From a virus (Duplodnaviria; Caudoviricetes), in IMG/VR virus record IMGVR_UViG_3300032007_000010: a stretch of 64,000 nucleotides of DNA. One strand, written 5' to 3'. The position numbers and the translations under genes are program-made. Shown here in pieces: positions 1 through 9,688 of this stretch (its first letter is position 1; the number at the start of each line of letters is the position of its first letter). The notes beneath the pieces were generated by a model, which had not been told where the DNA came from, ran no database searches, and saw only the letters and a list, made by a program, of their open reading frames with translations.

Positions 1-2
1 TC

Positions 3-851
3 GACAAAATCACTCCGTCGAGACGATCCTATGCCACGGTTCTCATCGATTCCGATGGCCGCATCAGCTTTTCGGAGGATCAACCGGCCAGGAAGAGCAC
101 AACATCGACGAAACCTTCGAATGTCGCAAAGCCAACCGCGACAAAGGATGAAATACCGGTACCCCAGACCAAAAACCCGGAGCAAACCGCCGCGAAGCAT
201 AACACGAAGCATAACACATTGTTCCCCCAATCAATATTTGCGCGCGAGGATCTTTGTGAGGTGGCAGACCGGTTCACCATAGCCCCGGAATTCTATGAGG
301 ATGCCGGCGATAAGCTCAAACGACCGATCGAGCTTCTCGAGGACAATGAGATCCAGCGCATCTGCGAGGAACTCAACCCGATGTCCATGAGATGTGTGCT
401 CGATGTCTACGGGAGGATGCATTCTGTCGATGCTCTGATCTTTGGCCCACTTCTGCCCACGACCGTGCTGGCAAGGCTCTGCTTCCTCAATCACCAAGAA
501 ACAATCGCACTCAAGAAGATCTGCTCCAAGCTCAAGATTCTCAGCGATGAGGAAATTGAGGCTCGCAAGCTCCGCATGATCAAGCTCCCGGAACTTCCCG
601 AAGAGCCGGTTCAGGTCGAATCGGAGGCACCGGTCGATCCATATGCACCCTATACTGATCCCAATGAAATTAAATCGGCACTGTTGAGGCTTCGTCCCTA
701 TCTGAGCGAGGCCGGAATGCGGCAGCTTCCCGCGAAGCTCTACGGAGACTTCATCAGAGTCCCGGAGCACTATCTGCGCCGAGCATATTCTGGCAAATGT
801 TTTGCGAAAAACTACGAGCATCGCTGCCAGATTATTCGTGATCGTATCTGA
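3..851 (+). CDS. Hypothetical protein, 5'-truncated by window edge
   Basis: Frame 3 is open from position 3 (DKITPSRRSYATVLIDSDGRISF...) into the 219-851 ORF; followed by a terminator hairpin. Confidence 0.75.
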   Translation, partial: DKITPSRRSYATVLIDSDGRISFSEDQPARKSTTSTKPSNVAKPTATKDEIPVPQTKNPEQTAAKHNTKHNTLFPQSIFAREDLCEVADRFTIAPEFYEDAGDKLKRPIELLEDNEIQRICEELNPMSMRCVLDVYGRMHSVDALIFGPLLPTTVLARLCFLNHQETIALKKICSKLKILSDEEIEARKLRMIKLPELPEEPVQVESEAPVDPYAPYTDPNEIKSALLRLRPYLSEAGMRQLPAKLYGDFIRVPEHYLRRAYSGKCFAKNYEHRCQIIRDRI

Positions 852-857
852 TATGAT

Positions 858-890
858 GAGACGGGACCCGATGTGGTCCCGTCTCTTTTT
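858..890 (+). terminator. Rho-independent terminator
   Basis: GAGACGGGACC/GGTCCCGTCTC stem plus T-run. Confidence 0.85.
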
Positions 891-913
891 CTGATTCCAT
901 GGATGCGATGGAT

Positions 914-924
914 CATATACTATA
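914..924 (+). promoter_or_regulatory. Class I (early-like) phage promoter YATATAYYATA
   Basis: CATATACTATA, one of 19 copies upstream of genes. Confidence 0.75.
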
Positions 925-965
925 GAACTGAAGAGAATAAAATATTGAACGGAGGTACAACACAG

Positions 966-1526
966 ATGAATCAAATGCTCTTCAGTCTCAATGCGGAGGC
1001 CATCCGTGATGAAAAATCGAAGGATGGGTTTGTTCCCGGGCGCATCGACAGCACGCTCATGCCCGTCGATATCTATGACGGTTCGATGTATCACATTCGC
1101 GGCAAATATGCGGTCGCACACTCTCCGGCGAACCTCGAACATTTCGGTGGGAAAGGTTGCTGCATCACGGTCATCTCCGGCAATGGGATCAACGGACTCA
1201 TGCCGCTCCCGCTGCTCATCACCGACGAATATTTTGCTCATCTCAGCACCAATGCTCAGCGCTATCTGATATGTCATGAATTCGGCCATCTCGTTAATGG
1301 TCATCTCGATGACATCATCAAGGCCGTGCGCGAGGGTCGCATCATCAAGTTTGCTCCGGTGAGATCCTTTCGCGAAGAATGTGAAGCTGACATGAACGCG
1401 GTGCGTCTCCTCGGCAAGGATAACACACTCGCCGCCATGCGAGAATGCATCGCTATCTTCGAAGACGTTGCGAACGTCAAGGAGATGGGGGAACGTGCTG
1501 AGTATGTCAAATACAATGCACGCTGA
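966..1526 (+). CDS. Putative zincin metallopeptidase (HExxH; ImmA/IrrE- or M48-like)
   Basis: CHEFGH plus downstream ECEAD motif; GGAGG RBS before ATG 966. Confidence 0.65.
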   Translation: MNQMLFSLNAEAIRDEKSKDGFVPGRIDSTLMPVDIYDGSMYHIRGKYAVAHSPANLEHFGGKGCCITVISGNGINGLMPLPLLITDEYFAHLSTNAQRYLICHEFGHLVNGHLDDIIKAVREGRIIKFAPVRSFREECEADMNAVRLLGKDNTLAAMRECIAIFEDVANVKEMGERAEYVKYNAR

Positions 1527-1553
1527 GAAAAGCCTCTCGGGGCTTTTCTTTTT
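1527..1553 (+). terminator. Rho-independent terminator
   Basis: GAAAAGCC...GGCTTTTC plus T-run. Confidence 0.8.
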
Positions 1554-1565
1554 GAGTCCATTCGC

Positions 1566-1577
1566 TACAGCACTATA
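1566..1577 (+). promoter_or_regulatory. Class II phage promoter DACA-N4-TATA
   Basis: TACAGCACTATA upstream of the SbcD-like gene. Confidence 0.65.
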
Positions 1578-1603
1578 TAAATGATTGAAATGGAGCATCA
1601 CCC

Positions 1604-2791
1604 ATGAGAGATTACAAGATATTTGTCTCCATCGCAGATATTCACATCGGAAGGAGAACCATCACCGCGAAGGAGATGAAGCGACAGCTCAAGACCCAGT
1701 TCTTTGATGTGATCAATCGATTCTCGAGGCTCGACGGAATCTTCGTGCTCGGAGATACATCGCACTGCATTCTTTCGTTGAACTCCGACTATTCCAACGT
1801 CTACCTCTGGTTCTTTGATCAGCTCTACAAAACTGCGAAGAAGAAGAATGCGACGGTCGTCGTGGTCAAGGGAACTCCGGCCCACGAGAATGATCAGCTG
1901 TCGAATGTTCATCATTATATCAACAACGACGACGGGGTGGACTTCCGCATCTACGAGACCTACGAAGAAACCACGATCTGGGATGACTATAAAGTTCTGA
2001 TACTCCCCGATGTGCACGTGAAGAACACGTCGGAGATAACAAAGTATCTAACCAAGGACAAGCACTATGATTTGATCCTTGGTCATGGTCTTACCTCGTC
2101 GATGAAGTTCTTCGTGCAGGAATCCGAATCCATGCCCATGAAGACCTACGAGTATGAGGTGAAGGATCTCTGCGACTCCTGCAAGGGTCCGGTGATGTTT
2201 GGCCACATTCATCAGCACCAGATCTTCCGAAAACAGTTTTACTATGTTGGGAACTTCACGGTGCTCGAACGCGGCATCAACGATGGTGGATATCTGGTCG
2301 GTGGAATCTGCGACAGTGATCGGAGCAAATGGAAACTGGAGCGATATATCAATCCAGAATCGGCGACATACCATGAGTTCAAGGTCGGACGATCCATTCT
2401 CTCCAACTATTCCATCGATGAGATCATCGATGCCATCGACGAACTCCTCGAAGGCACAAAACCCAACGATCTCATCACACTGCGCATCACACGAGGGGAT
2501 GCCCTCGAAGAATCGGATAAGGTATACATGCTCGAAGCTCGCTATCGCAAGGATCATCGCATATCCATCGTCAAAAAGGTGAAAACCAAGAAGGAGGAAG
2601 AGCATGAGGAGGAGAACAAGGCTCGTCACGATAAGTATGCCTATACTATGGATCGTAACCTTGATATGTCTGAGATCCTATATCGCTACTACGAGACGGA
2701 CATCCTACCAACGCTGGCTGAGGAATACAATAAGTCCCGTAAACTTACGTTAGAAGATTTCAGAAGGGTGCTAAAGGAGGACAAATCATGA
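1604..2791 (+). CDS. sbcD: SbcD/Mre11-like calcineurin-family DNA repair nuclease
   Basis: Metallophosphoesterase motifs ADIH, LGD, GTPAHE, GH, GHIH. Confidence 0.85.
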   Translation: MRDYKIFVSIADIHIGRRTITAKEMKRQLKTQFFDVINRFSRLDGIFVLGDTSHCILSLNSDYSNVYLWFFDQLYKTAKKKNATVVVVKGTPAHENDQLSNVHHYINNDDGVDFRIYETYEETTIWDDYKVLILPDVHVKNTSEITKYLTKDKHYDLILGHGLTSSMKFFVQESESMPMKTYEYEVKDLCDSCKGPVMFGHIHQHQIFRKQFYYVGNFTVLERGINDGGYLVGGICDSDRSKWKLERYINPESATYHEFKVGRSILSNYSIDEIIDAIDELLEGTKPNDLITLRITRGDALEESDKVYMLEARYRKDHRISIVKKVKTKKEEEHEEENKARHDKYAYTMDRNLDMSEILYRYYETDILPTLAEEYNKSRKLTLEDFRRVLKEDKS

Positions 2792-3003
2792 GCATCTGGT
2801 CCAATCTGTTTGGAAAGGATCGGATCGAGCCGGTTATTCCACAGAGAAAACCGATGACGATCCCACCGGAGCCCGAGCAACCAGCCGTCGATGCTGACTA
2901 TATTCCTATCAGTGATGATATCTATGTGAGTGAGGATGGTAACAAAGTATTCTATCGCAGCAGAAACGGCACATTTATCATGATCGGAGATCTACAATCA
3001 TGA
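2788..3003 (+). CDS. Hypothetical protein
   Basis: ATGA overlaps with both neighbours; AGGAGG RBS. Confidence 0.7.
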   Translation: MSIWSNLFGKDRIEPVIPQRKPMTIPPEPEQPAVDADYIPISDDIYVSEDGNKVFYRSRNGTFIMIGDLQS

Positions 3004-3422
3004 AGACAATAGATCGTTTCAGGGGGAAGTATTATTTTCTTTCCAACTTCTACGGAGCACCTGTGATGTATGGCGGCATCGAATATCGCAATAACGAGGC
3101 TGCTTTTCAGGCTCAAAAAGATCCGGATAGAGCCGTGGAGTTTGCGTTGCTCCAGCCGAATGAGGCTAAGCGTCGTGGACGCCATGTCAATCTTCGCAAG
3201 GATTGGGAAAATGTCAAGGACGACATCATGTACGCCATTGTCTTCGATAAGTTCAATCGTAATCCAGAGCTTCGTGAGGCTCTCCTTGCAACCGAAGACG
3301 CCGAGCTCATCGAAGGTAACGATTGGGGTGATACCTACTGGGGTGTATGTGAAGGCAGGGGAAAGAATCACCTCGGCAGAATTCTCATGCGCGTGCGCGA
3401 TGAACTAAGAGACGATAAATGA
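3000..3422 (+). CDS. NADAR-family (YbiA/RibX-like) N-glycosidase / ADP-ribosylhydrolase
   Basis: FLSNFY, EAAFQAQK, WGDTYWG and GKNHLGRILMRVRDEL signatures. Confidence 0.92.
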   Translation: MKTIDRFRGKYYFLSNFYGAPVMYGGIEYRNNEAAFQAQKDPDRAVEFALLQPNEAKRRGRHVNLRKDWENVKDDIMYAIVFDKFNRNPELREALLATEDAELIEGNDWGDTYWGVCEGRGKNHLGRILMRVRDELRDDK

Positions 3423-3424
3423 GC

Positions 3425-3435
3425 TATATACTATA
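3425..3435 (+). promoter_or_regulatory. Class I promoter
   Basis: TATATACTATA. Confidence 0.75.
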
Positions 3436-3470
3436 TGAGTGAAACCAAAATAAGAAGGAGGATTCACTCA

Positions 3471-3812
3471 ATGAACAACAAAGAACTGATGAACAATTTG
3501 CACTATGCGGCGGATAACTTCGGCCTGCTTGCGAACACCGCCGTGAGCTCCGCGAGCAAGGTCATCAAGCGCAATGCACGTCCCATGCTCGCCACCGCCG
3601 GACGCTTCGTCGATAACGGCATGGAAACCTTCCTGGGTATCAAGACGGGTGTCATCTCCAAGCCGGATCGCACGGTGGTACGCATCAAGAGCGTCACGAA
3701 GGGAAAAGGCGTCAAGGTCGGCAGCAAGCATGCCAAGGGCGTCAAGGCGCATATGGATATTGTGTATGCAGAGGACGCGGTTGACGTGAAAAATCACGCG
3801 GAAAACAGCTGA
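3471..3812 (+). CDS. Hypothetical basic protein
   Basis: AGGAGG RBS before ATG 3471. Confidence 0.75.
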   Translation: MNNKELMNNLHYAADNFGLLANTAVSSASKVIKRNARPMLATAGRFVDNGMETFLGIKTGVISKPDRTVVRIKSVTKGKGVKVGSKHAKGVKAHMDIVYAEDAVDVKNHAENS

Positions 3813-3846
3813 ACCTAGATTGGTTCAGTTGTTTTGGAGGTTTGAC

Positions 3847-4026
3847 ATGGCAATCAAAACATGGATAGCTACGGCAGAGGTGAATATGGACGCATCACGC
3901 CATGATACGGTGATCGTGAAAGCTAACACGGAGCGTAAGGCGAGGATCGTGGCAGAGGAAGCGTTCGCTAAGAAAGGTTACTTCTTTGTGACCAATCTAG
4001 TTTTGGAAAGAAAGGATGACGAATAG
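3847..4026 (+). CDS. Hypothetical protein
   Basis: GGAGG RBS before ATG 3847. Confidence 0.65.
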   Translation: MAIKTWIATAEVNMDASRHDTVIVKANTERKARIVAEEAFAKKGYFFVTNLVLERKDDE

Positions 4027-4421
4027 TGTCAAGTTCGGTAAATAATCTATGCCGGCCCAAGATAGACGAGATTCGCATCATGCTAACCAAACCGAACGCC
4101 AAGCAAATACATTTCTATGAGTACGATCCCAAGAATCTCGATGAGATAGGACTCGTCAAACATTCCTGGTACGACACACTCGATGCCATAAACATTGGTG
4201 TTCATGAGATTCACACAACCCAGATGGGACTCATGGACGTGAATCTTTGGCGCAAAGGTTATCGAATCTTTGTGCATAGTAAAATCAATGGCGAAACGCT
4301 GACCAATGAGTTGGTATATGGATCCCACAATGACATATTTGGCCGCACTCTGAACTTCCGCGCCAGACTATTTATGACCTGGGTTCAATGGTCTGCGATG
4401 CAATTTAGAAGGGAGCTTTGA
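4026..4421 (+). CDS. Hypothetical protein
   Basis: Operonic ORF with an overlapping start/stop. Confidence 0.65.
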   Translation: MSSSVNNLCRPKIDEIRIMLTKPNAKQIHFYEYDPKNLDEIGLVKHSWYDTLDAINIGVHEIHTTQMGLMDVNLWRKGYRIFVHSKINGETLTNELVYGSHNDIFGRTLNFRARLFMTWVQWSAMQFRREL

Positions 4422-4930
4422 TCATGGAGCTTGGTATGAATGGACACCACTGTGCACTCATATGGGAGCCGGCCTTTGGAGGACGCATTGTCACTCCGGG
4501 CGACAGCCTTCCTGACTGCATCGAGCGTGCGCGCAATAGACATGGGATTAGTTTCGTGGAGCGCAATCAGGAATCCGATCGCTTCAGCACAAATGCCAGG
4601 CTCGTGTTGGAACACATCGGTTCAGCATCGAATTCCGTCGCTCCGGGCAAACAGATCCAGGATCGCATTGATGTCACGGCAGATGCTGTGCAGTCGGTCA
4701 AAGACGAAGATTTTCCGAAGCTCGGAAAATGGCTCGAAACTCTGGAGCCGGGAAACCTGGTTCACATCTATTACTTCGACAAGAAAGTCGGCTTTGATGG
4801 CATCTATGGCACACCGTCACAATGTCTTGTAAATGTCAAGTTTCGCAAACTTGACAACTGGCACATTGCGCACGTGTATCGAGACCAGTCATCGCCGTGG
4901 CTGCTCGCATGTGAAGTGGTGCGAGAATGA
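4418..4930 (+). CDS. Hypothetical protein
   Basis: Operonic ORF ending at a terminator. Confidence 0.65.
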   Translation: MIMELGMNGHHCALIWEPAFGGRIVTPGDSLPDCIERARNRHGISFVERNQESDRFSTNARLVLEHIGSASNSVAPGKQIQDRIDVTADAVQSVKDEDFPKLGKWLETLEPGNLVHIYYFDKKVGFDGIYGTPSQCLVNVKFRKLDNWHIAHVYRDQSSPWLLACEVVRE

Positions 4931-4959
4931 GAAAGGGCCCGTATGGGCCTTTTCTTTTT
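4931..4959 (+). terminator. Rho-independent terminator
   Basis: GAAAGGGCCC/GGGCCTTTTC plus T-run. Confidence 0.8.
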
Positions 4960-4972
4960 CCACCCAGATCAG

Positions 4973-4984
4973 TACAAGACTATA
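4973..4984 (+). promoter_or_regulatory. Class II promoter
   Basis: TACAAGACTATA upstream of the helicase. Confidence 0.65.
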
Positions 4985-5013
4985 CTTAGGAACTCTGAAA
5001 TCGGGGTGAATGA

Positions 5014-6816
5014 ATGAGCGTCGATTATATAAAGATGCTGAAGCAGACGGACAAGCTCCAGATTCATGCAGATCTGGATACACTGGATCTGTACTGCGAA
5101 TATTTGCTCAACTATGAAAATCGCAACATCAATTTCTCCAATCTGTCGAACCTGAAGGAATACTTCAGTCGTGTGAGCGAGGATAGTTTCAAACAGAACG
5201 AGGCCAAAATGGCCCGTTATTTTTTCATCCATTATTATCTCGAGGGTAGGCTCGACAAGGGGATTGTCTCTCCGAAGATATGCATGCAATATGTGCTTGA
5301 TCATGTATCAAAGAAGTACGCGGCCATAATCAAGCGCGATGTGATGGAGGGGATCCAGCACAATCGCATGAGCAAGAAGGACATCGAGTTCATGAACGAC
5401 ATGATCTTCAGTCAGCTCAACACCTTCTTCCTCAACGATTATAAAGAACCCATCATGAAGATGTTGGCGGATCTCAACAACAATGAGCTTGGTCGAGATG
5501 CGGAGGACTGTGACAATGTGATCAGGCTATTCCAGTCCATGATGAACAAGCTCACGACGGCTCGGCGCAAATCACGCCAAGAGAATCGTTTTGATCTGGT
5601 GGATGAGGATCATTTCAACGCGGTGATGATGGAGGCGGCGGAACGCGCACTTTCGACGGCACACTATCTCATCACCGGTTGGCAGGGTCTGAACAAGATG
5701 CTCGGCGGTGGTTTCGAAGATGCTCGTGTCTACAACTTCATCGGTGCGACGGGTGGTTTCAAATCAGGTCTGCTGCTGAACATCATGAAGCAGATCAAGC
5801 TCTACAACAAGGGCAGAGCCCACAAGGATCCGACCAAGCGACCGACGATACTGTTTCTGTCCCAGGAAAACAACATCTGGGAAACCTTCCTGCGCATCTA
5901 TGGCATCTTCGGCGGAACCGACATCAAGGCTCACAGCGTCAAAGACATCCTCAAGATCATGCGTGATGGCGGATTCCGTGTGGTCCAGGATGAACTCGAT
6001 ATCAACATCGAGTTCAGATACTATGGCAACATGGACATCGGTGTTCCGGACATCAAGGGCATCGTCGAAGAGCTGGATAACTCCGGCAAGGAGGTTATCT
6101 GCATCATCCAGGACTACATCGAACGTCTTCGTCCTCCCTATTCTGGCGTGGAGAAACGCAATGCACTCGCCGACGTGTCGAACCAGATGCACGATCTGGC
6201 CATCGAGCTTGACATTCCGATCATCACCGCATCACAGTTCAACCGCGAGGGCGTTGCAACCGTGGAAGAAGCGCGAGAAAAGGGTCACGTGGACATCGGT
6301 AAGAAGGTGGGTACCGGGAACATCTCGGAATCCTTTGGCATGCTCAAGAACTTCGATGCCAACATTGCCATCGTGGTTGAATATGATTCGAGCGAGCAAC
6401 GGTACTATCTGTCCTTCAGACGCTTGAAGTTCCGCGGCGATACCACCGATGGCATGGATTACTTCCTGCAACCGTTCATGGGACAGAACACCATGATTCG
6501 ACTCATGGATGATATATCCACCGGACCTGTCTATCGTCTCAGTCTCCTCGACGAGCTTGCAGCGCAGATCCAGGAGGACCGCGATGCAATCATCGACATC
6601 ACTCGTCGAGAGGTAAGCTTCCTGGATCAGATCACCGACGATCCGCAGGATGTGGATGCCGCAGAGTTCATGAATCTGGTTCGCCAGGATGTGGAGCAAT
6701 CCGCGGTTCCGCAGGACGACATGCTTCGTGATGCGGACGGTTTCTGGATTCTCATTCCGCGGATGCAACAGCTGGATCTCAGCGGTCTCAACGTGGTTGG
6801 GGCCATGTCGCACTGA
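5014..6816 (+). CDS. dnaB: DnaB-like (SF4) replicative helicase, jumbo-phage type
   Basis: ITGWQGLNKMLGGGF, Walker A GATGGFKS, IIQDYI, ITASQFNR; acidic C-terminal tail with the DADGFWIL tag. Confidence 0.88.
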   Translation: MSVDYIKMLKQTDKLQIHADLDTLDLYCEYLLNYENRNINFSNLSNLKEYFSRVSEDSFKQNEAKMARYFFIHYYLEGRLDKGIVSPKICMQYVLDHVSKKYAAIIKRDVMEGIQHNRMSKKDIEFMNDMIFSQLNTFFLNDYKEPIMKMLADLNNNELGRDAEDCDNVIRLFQSMMNKLTTARRKSRQENRFDLVDEDHFNAVMMEAAERALSTAHYLITGWQGLNKMLGGGFEDARVYNFIGATGGFKSGLLLNIMKQIKLYNKGRAHKDPTKRPTILFLSQENNIWETFLRIYGIFGGTDIKAHSVKDILKIMRDGGFRVVQDELDINIEFRYYGNMDIGVPDIKGIVEELDNSGKEVICIIQDYIERLRPPYSGVEKRNALADVSNQMHDLAIELDIPIITASQFNREGVATVEEAREKGHVDIGKKVGTGNISESFGMLKNFDANIAIVVEYDSSEQRYYLSFRRLKFRGDTTDGMDYFLQPFMGQNTMIRLMDDISTGPVYRLSLLDELAAQIQEDRDAIIDITRREVSFLDQITDDPQDVDAAEFMNLVRQDVEQSAVPQDDMLRDADGFWILIPRMQQLDLSGLNVVGAMSH

Positions 6817-6830
6817 GAGGAGTATTTGGT

Positions 6831-7115
6831 ATGCCGTTGTTTAATAAGGTTATCAATGCCGATGGCACAATCTGCAACCCTCCAACCAACCCACTTATCA
6901 ACAAGTATCCACCAATACCAGATGGAACCACCGTTTGTGATGGCTACTCATGCATGTGGTGTGGTCGTTGCCCCATGGGTGAATATTGGAAGGTTCCGGA
7001 AGAAGATCGCGATACATATGAAGGATATGTCAAAGAACTTGATTCATACATTAGAGAACATAACGGTTCGGCAGGTATACTTGGCCTGACACTTGTTATC
7101 GGTCAGAATGAATGA
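6831..7115 (+). CDS. Small Cys-rich hypothetical protein
   Basis: CDGYSCMWCGRCP; AGGAG RBS. Confidence 0.65.
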   Translation: MPLFNKVINADGTICNPPTNPLINKYPPIPDGTTVCDGYSCMWCGRCPMGEYWKVPEEDRDTYEGYVKELDSYIREHNGSAGILGLTLVIGQNE

Positions 7116-7134
7116 AATGAATGGAGGGAATTGT

Positions 7135-7587
7135 ATGAGACAAAGATTAACCAAGAAGTTTGAGAACGCCGAGCATCGCGCCAACATCGCCAACATCAAC
7201 AAGAACATCGAGCGGATGAAGGAGCTTCATCCGCGCTATTCCGCGGGTGAGGTCAGCGACGGTTTTCATACCTTCAACGAGCTCTACGATCATCGAGCAC
7301 TGCTCTTCGCCGCGTTGGTCAACAGCACGCTCAACAGCGTCGCCTGGAAATCCAGGCAACATGCTGACCCTGCCTATCCCATGTACGAGGGCATGTTCAT
7401 CGTAGGTATCGACACTCCGATCGGGCAGGCCACCTATCACTACGATATCGACCCGTACTGGGACATGTTCCATTGCAAGGAACTCGAGCGTGCGCCAAAG
7501 TATGACGGTCACAGTCCCACCGATGCGGTCGAGCGCATTTTCCAGATGGCAAGCGGTGAACTTGGCCCGCAGGTGGATGCCCAATGA
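7135..7587 (+). CDS. Conserved phage protein (WDGH-like domain)
   Basis: SDGFHTFNELYDHR ... GQATYHY ... KYDGHS pattern. Confidence 0.7.
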   Translation: MRQRLTKKFENAEHRANIANINKNIERMKELHPRYSAGEVSDGFHTFNELYDHRALLFAALVNSTLNSVAWKSRQHADPAYPMYEGMFIVGIDTPIGQATYHYDIDPYWDMFHCKELERAPKYDGHSPTDAVERIFQMASGELGPQVDAQ

Positions 7588-8129
7588 ATGATCTCTTTCA
7601 AAAGTATGTGTTCTGGGATTTCGACGGTGTTCTGTGCACCTACCAGGCTCTGCCGGATCGGTGTCACATTATGACCGATGAATACCTCAAATCCTTCATA
7701 ACCAAACCAGACCAGCCATTTTCATGCAGTCGAGCGCCAAAGACGCTGGTAGAACTTCAGCAGAGTCTTGACGTGGACAGACAATACGTTCTCACCGAGG
7801 AAACCTCTTCGCTGGAACATGCCGCCAAACTTTCATTCCTCCGAAAGAACCACTATTGTTTTAACCCGGACAGAGTCATCGGTGTATCCTCAAAGGATCA
7901 GAAGGTTGTGGTCATGGAAGCGATCTATGAGCGTGAACTGGCGCACATGACGAAGTTCTGGAGCGATGAATTGCTCGGGGTCGATCCTTTCCTGTCCACG
8001 GAGATCATCAAGCAACGCACGGCTAAGCTTCGGAAAGATTTCGTGCTCATCGAAGATACCGTGAGTAACATCAACGCCGCCGAAGATGCTGGGTTTTCGG
8101 CGATCCACATCACATCACTCATGCCATAA
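7584..8129 (+). CDS. HAD-superfamily hydrolase/phosphatase
   Basis: Motif I WDFDGVL; motif IV LIEDTVSNINAAEDAG. Confidence 0.8.
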   Translation: MNDLFQKYVFWDFDGVLCTYQALPDRCHIMTDEYLKSFITKPDQPFSCSRAPKTLVELQQSLDVDRQYVLTEETSSLEHAAKLSFLRKNHYCFNPDRVIGVSSKDQKVVVMEAIYERELAHMTKFWSDELLGVDPFLSTEIIKQRTAKLRKDFVLIEDTVSNINAAEDAGFSAIHITSLMP

Positions 8130-8152
8130 TTTATCAACAGGAGGAAATAGTC

Positions 8153-8803
8153 ATGACAGATATCAACAAGCTCAATCTTCGCATCGACGAAAATGGTCTC
8201 CTCGCGGAGATCGAAGCCAACGACTACTACCAGGGAGGAGTCGACCCTGAGCGGGATGCGCACAACGAAGAGTTCATGGAGAAACAGGTCAAGGGTGAGA
8301 TCCTCAGACGCTTTGCTCCGTGCCCCTGCCAGATGGGCAAGATCCAGGAACGTCTGATCCGTCGTGCCCAGCTCCTCGGCATCGCTCCGGGACAGCCCAT
8401 CAGCATGGACATCGAGCAGGAGGATCTGGACAACTACAACTTCTCGGCCTGCGTTATCTCCAAGGATGGCCGCATGCAGCGCATGAGTTTCTACATGCGC
8501 GAGTGCAAAACGTGCCGTCGGGTCGAATACTTCGGCGACATCCATGCGCTCACGGATCTCTTCGCCGAAGCCATGGCCAAGCAGGTTACCGCCGAATTCA
8601 TGGCCGAACCGGTGCCCGAGAATCTCGAATCGAAGGACGATGTGGTCATCGATGAGACCAATGACAAGGTTCCCGAGAACTTCCAGTCCGCCGAGGACAT
8701 CCTTGGCCCTGGGATGTACATCGAGAATCTCGAAGGTGGATCCGCCGAGTCCAACGATTCTCCCATGGAACTCGTCACCGAGTCGGTATCCTCCGAAAAC
8801 TGA
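8153..8803 (+). CDS. Hypothetical protein, possible Zn-binding, acidic C-terminus
   Basis: CPC and CKTC; AGGAGG RBS. Confidence 0.75.
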   Translation: MTDINKLNLRIDENGLLAEIEANDYYQGGVDPERDAHNEEFMEKQVKGEILRRFAPCPCQMGKIQERLIRRAQLLGIAPGQPISMDIEQEDLDNYNFSACVISKDGRMQRMSFYMRECKTCRRVEYFGDIHALTDLFAEAMAKQVTAEFMAEPVPENLESKDDVVIDETNDKVPENFQSAEDILGPGMYIENLEGGSAESNDSPMELVTESVSSEN

Positions 8804-8811
8804 GAAAACAG

Positions 8812-8843
8812 AAAAGAGGGAGGGCAACCATGCCCTCCCTCTT
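8812..8843. terminator. Probable bidirectional terminator between convergent genes
   Basis: AAGAGGGAGGGCA/TGCCCTCCCTCTT 13-bp stem. Confidence 0.8.
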
Positions 8844-8846
8844 CGT

Positions 8847-9272
8847 TCACTGGTCAATCGCAGGAAGATATCTGTTCCAGTTTTCCTGCAGGCGCATGTT
8901 GCTCCGTGTCACGATCGTATCATACAGCTCCGCAAGCGAATCGGATGGTATGAGTTTTACCGTGGACTTCATGCGAAACTTGCTTGCGCATTCCTGATCA
9001 TTGATCATGAGTATGAGCCAGTCGAGATCGGGTGTCCCATACACATCGGCGCTCAGCAGCTTTGGTTTTGTTAGGTATCTGCGACGCTGTTCCTTGGTCA
9101 CCGAGTAGGTGCCAATGTAGGGGAGCATGTACCGTCTGTATATCTGGAATAGATCAGTATCTTTGATGAGCAGTGATTTGTCATCGGTGAGCGCATAGAA
9201 GGTGACATTGTTCATGTCATAGCGCGAATCCCTTGAATCGATGACATCCTGCAGAGTCACAAGCGTTGCCAT
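8847..9272 (-). CDS. Baseplate wedge protein, T4 gp53/LysM-like
   Basis: YLTKPKLLSADVYGTPDLDWLILMIN pattern; lies in a class II promoter operon. Confidence 0.75.
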   Translation of the reverse strand: MATLVTLQDVIDSRDSRYDMNNVTFYALTDDKSLLIKDTDLFQIYRRYMLPYIGTYSVTKEQRRRYLTKPKLLSADVYGTPDLDWLILMINDQECASKFRMKSTVKLIPSDSLAELYDTIVTRSNMRLQENWNRYLPAIDQ

Positions 9273-9284
9273 GCGTGCACCTCC

Positions 9285-9638
9285 TTAGATGTAGAGTAGA
9301 TAACCCTCCTCGATCTTCGCGGTGGGTGTGAAAAGTAGAAACGCGGTCCCCTTGTCCATGTAGATTGGACATGTTGTCCCGCGCAACAACGGAAGCTTCA
9401 TGGAGTGAGAAAGCGTGGCTACTCTGGTGGTGATTGGAAAGTTGCTGTTGGCAAAATAGTTTGGTGCCATGGAAACGGTCTCTTTCTTATCATCCTTTGG
9501 GACGGTTGGTACATATTCCGGCGCATTGATCTCGACCTCATTGCTAAGGCGAGGATTCTTTTCGGTGTAGGCTCTGGCGGTGTAGACCTTCATCACCTGC
9601 TTGCTCTGTGCATTCAGGGCAGTGTTGGTATTGGCCAC
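9285..9638 (-). CDS. Putative virion (baseplate-associated) protein
   Basis: AGGGGTG RBS before GTG 9638; class II promoter upstream; co-transcribed with the wedge gene. Confidence 0.6.
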   Translation of the reverse strand: MANTNTALNAQSKQVMKVYTARAYTEKNPRLSNEVEINAPEYVPTVPKDDKKETVSMAPNYFANSNFPITTRVATLSHSMKLPLLRGTTCPIYMDKGTAFLLFTPTAKIEEGYLLYI

Positions 9639-9670
9639 GAAAATCACCCCTGTCAATGATAAATCTTTGT

Positions 9671-9682
9671 TATAAGGATGTT
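9671..9682 (-). promoter_or_regulatory. Class II promoter
   Basis: AACATCCTTATA on the minus strand. Confidence 0.75.
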
Positions 9683-9688
9683 TTCCCA

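Noticed and set aside
31-282. 83-aa ORF at the window start
   Set aside because: Overlaps the open frame-3 gene, which has the better coding character.
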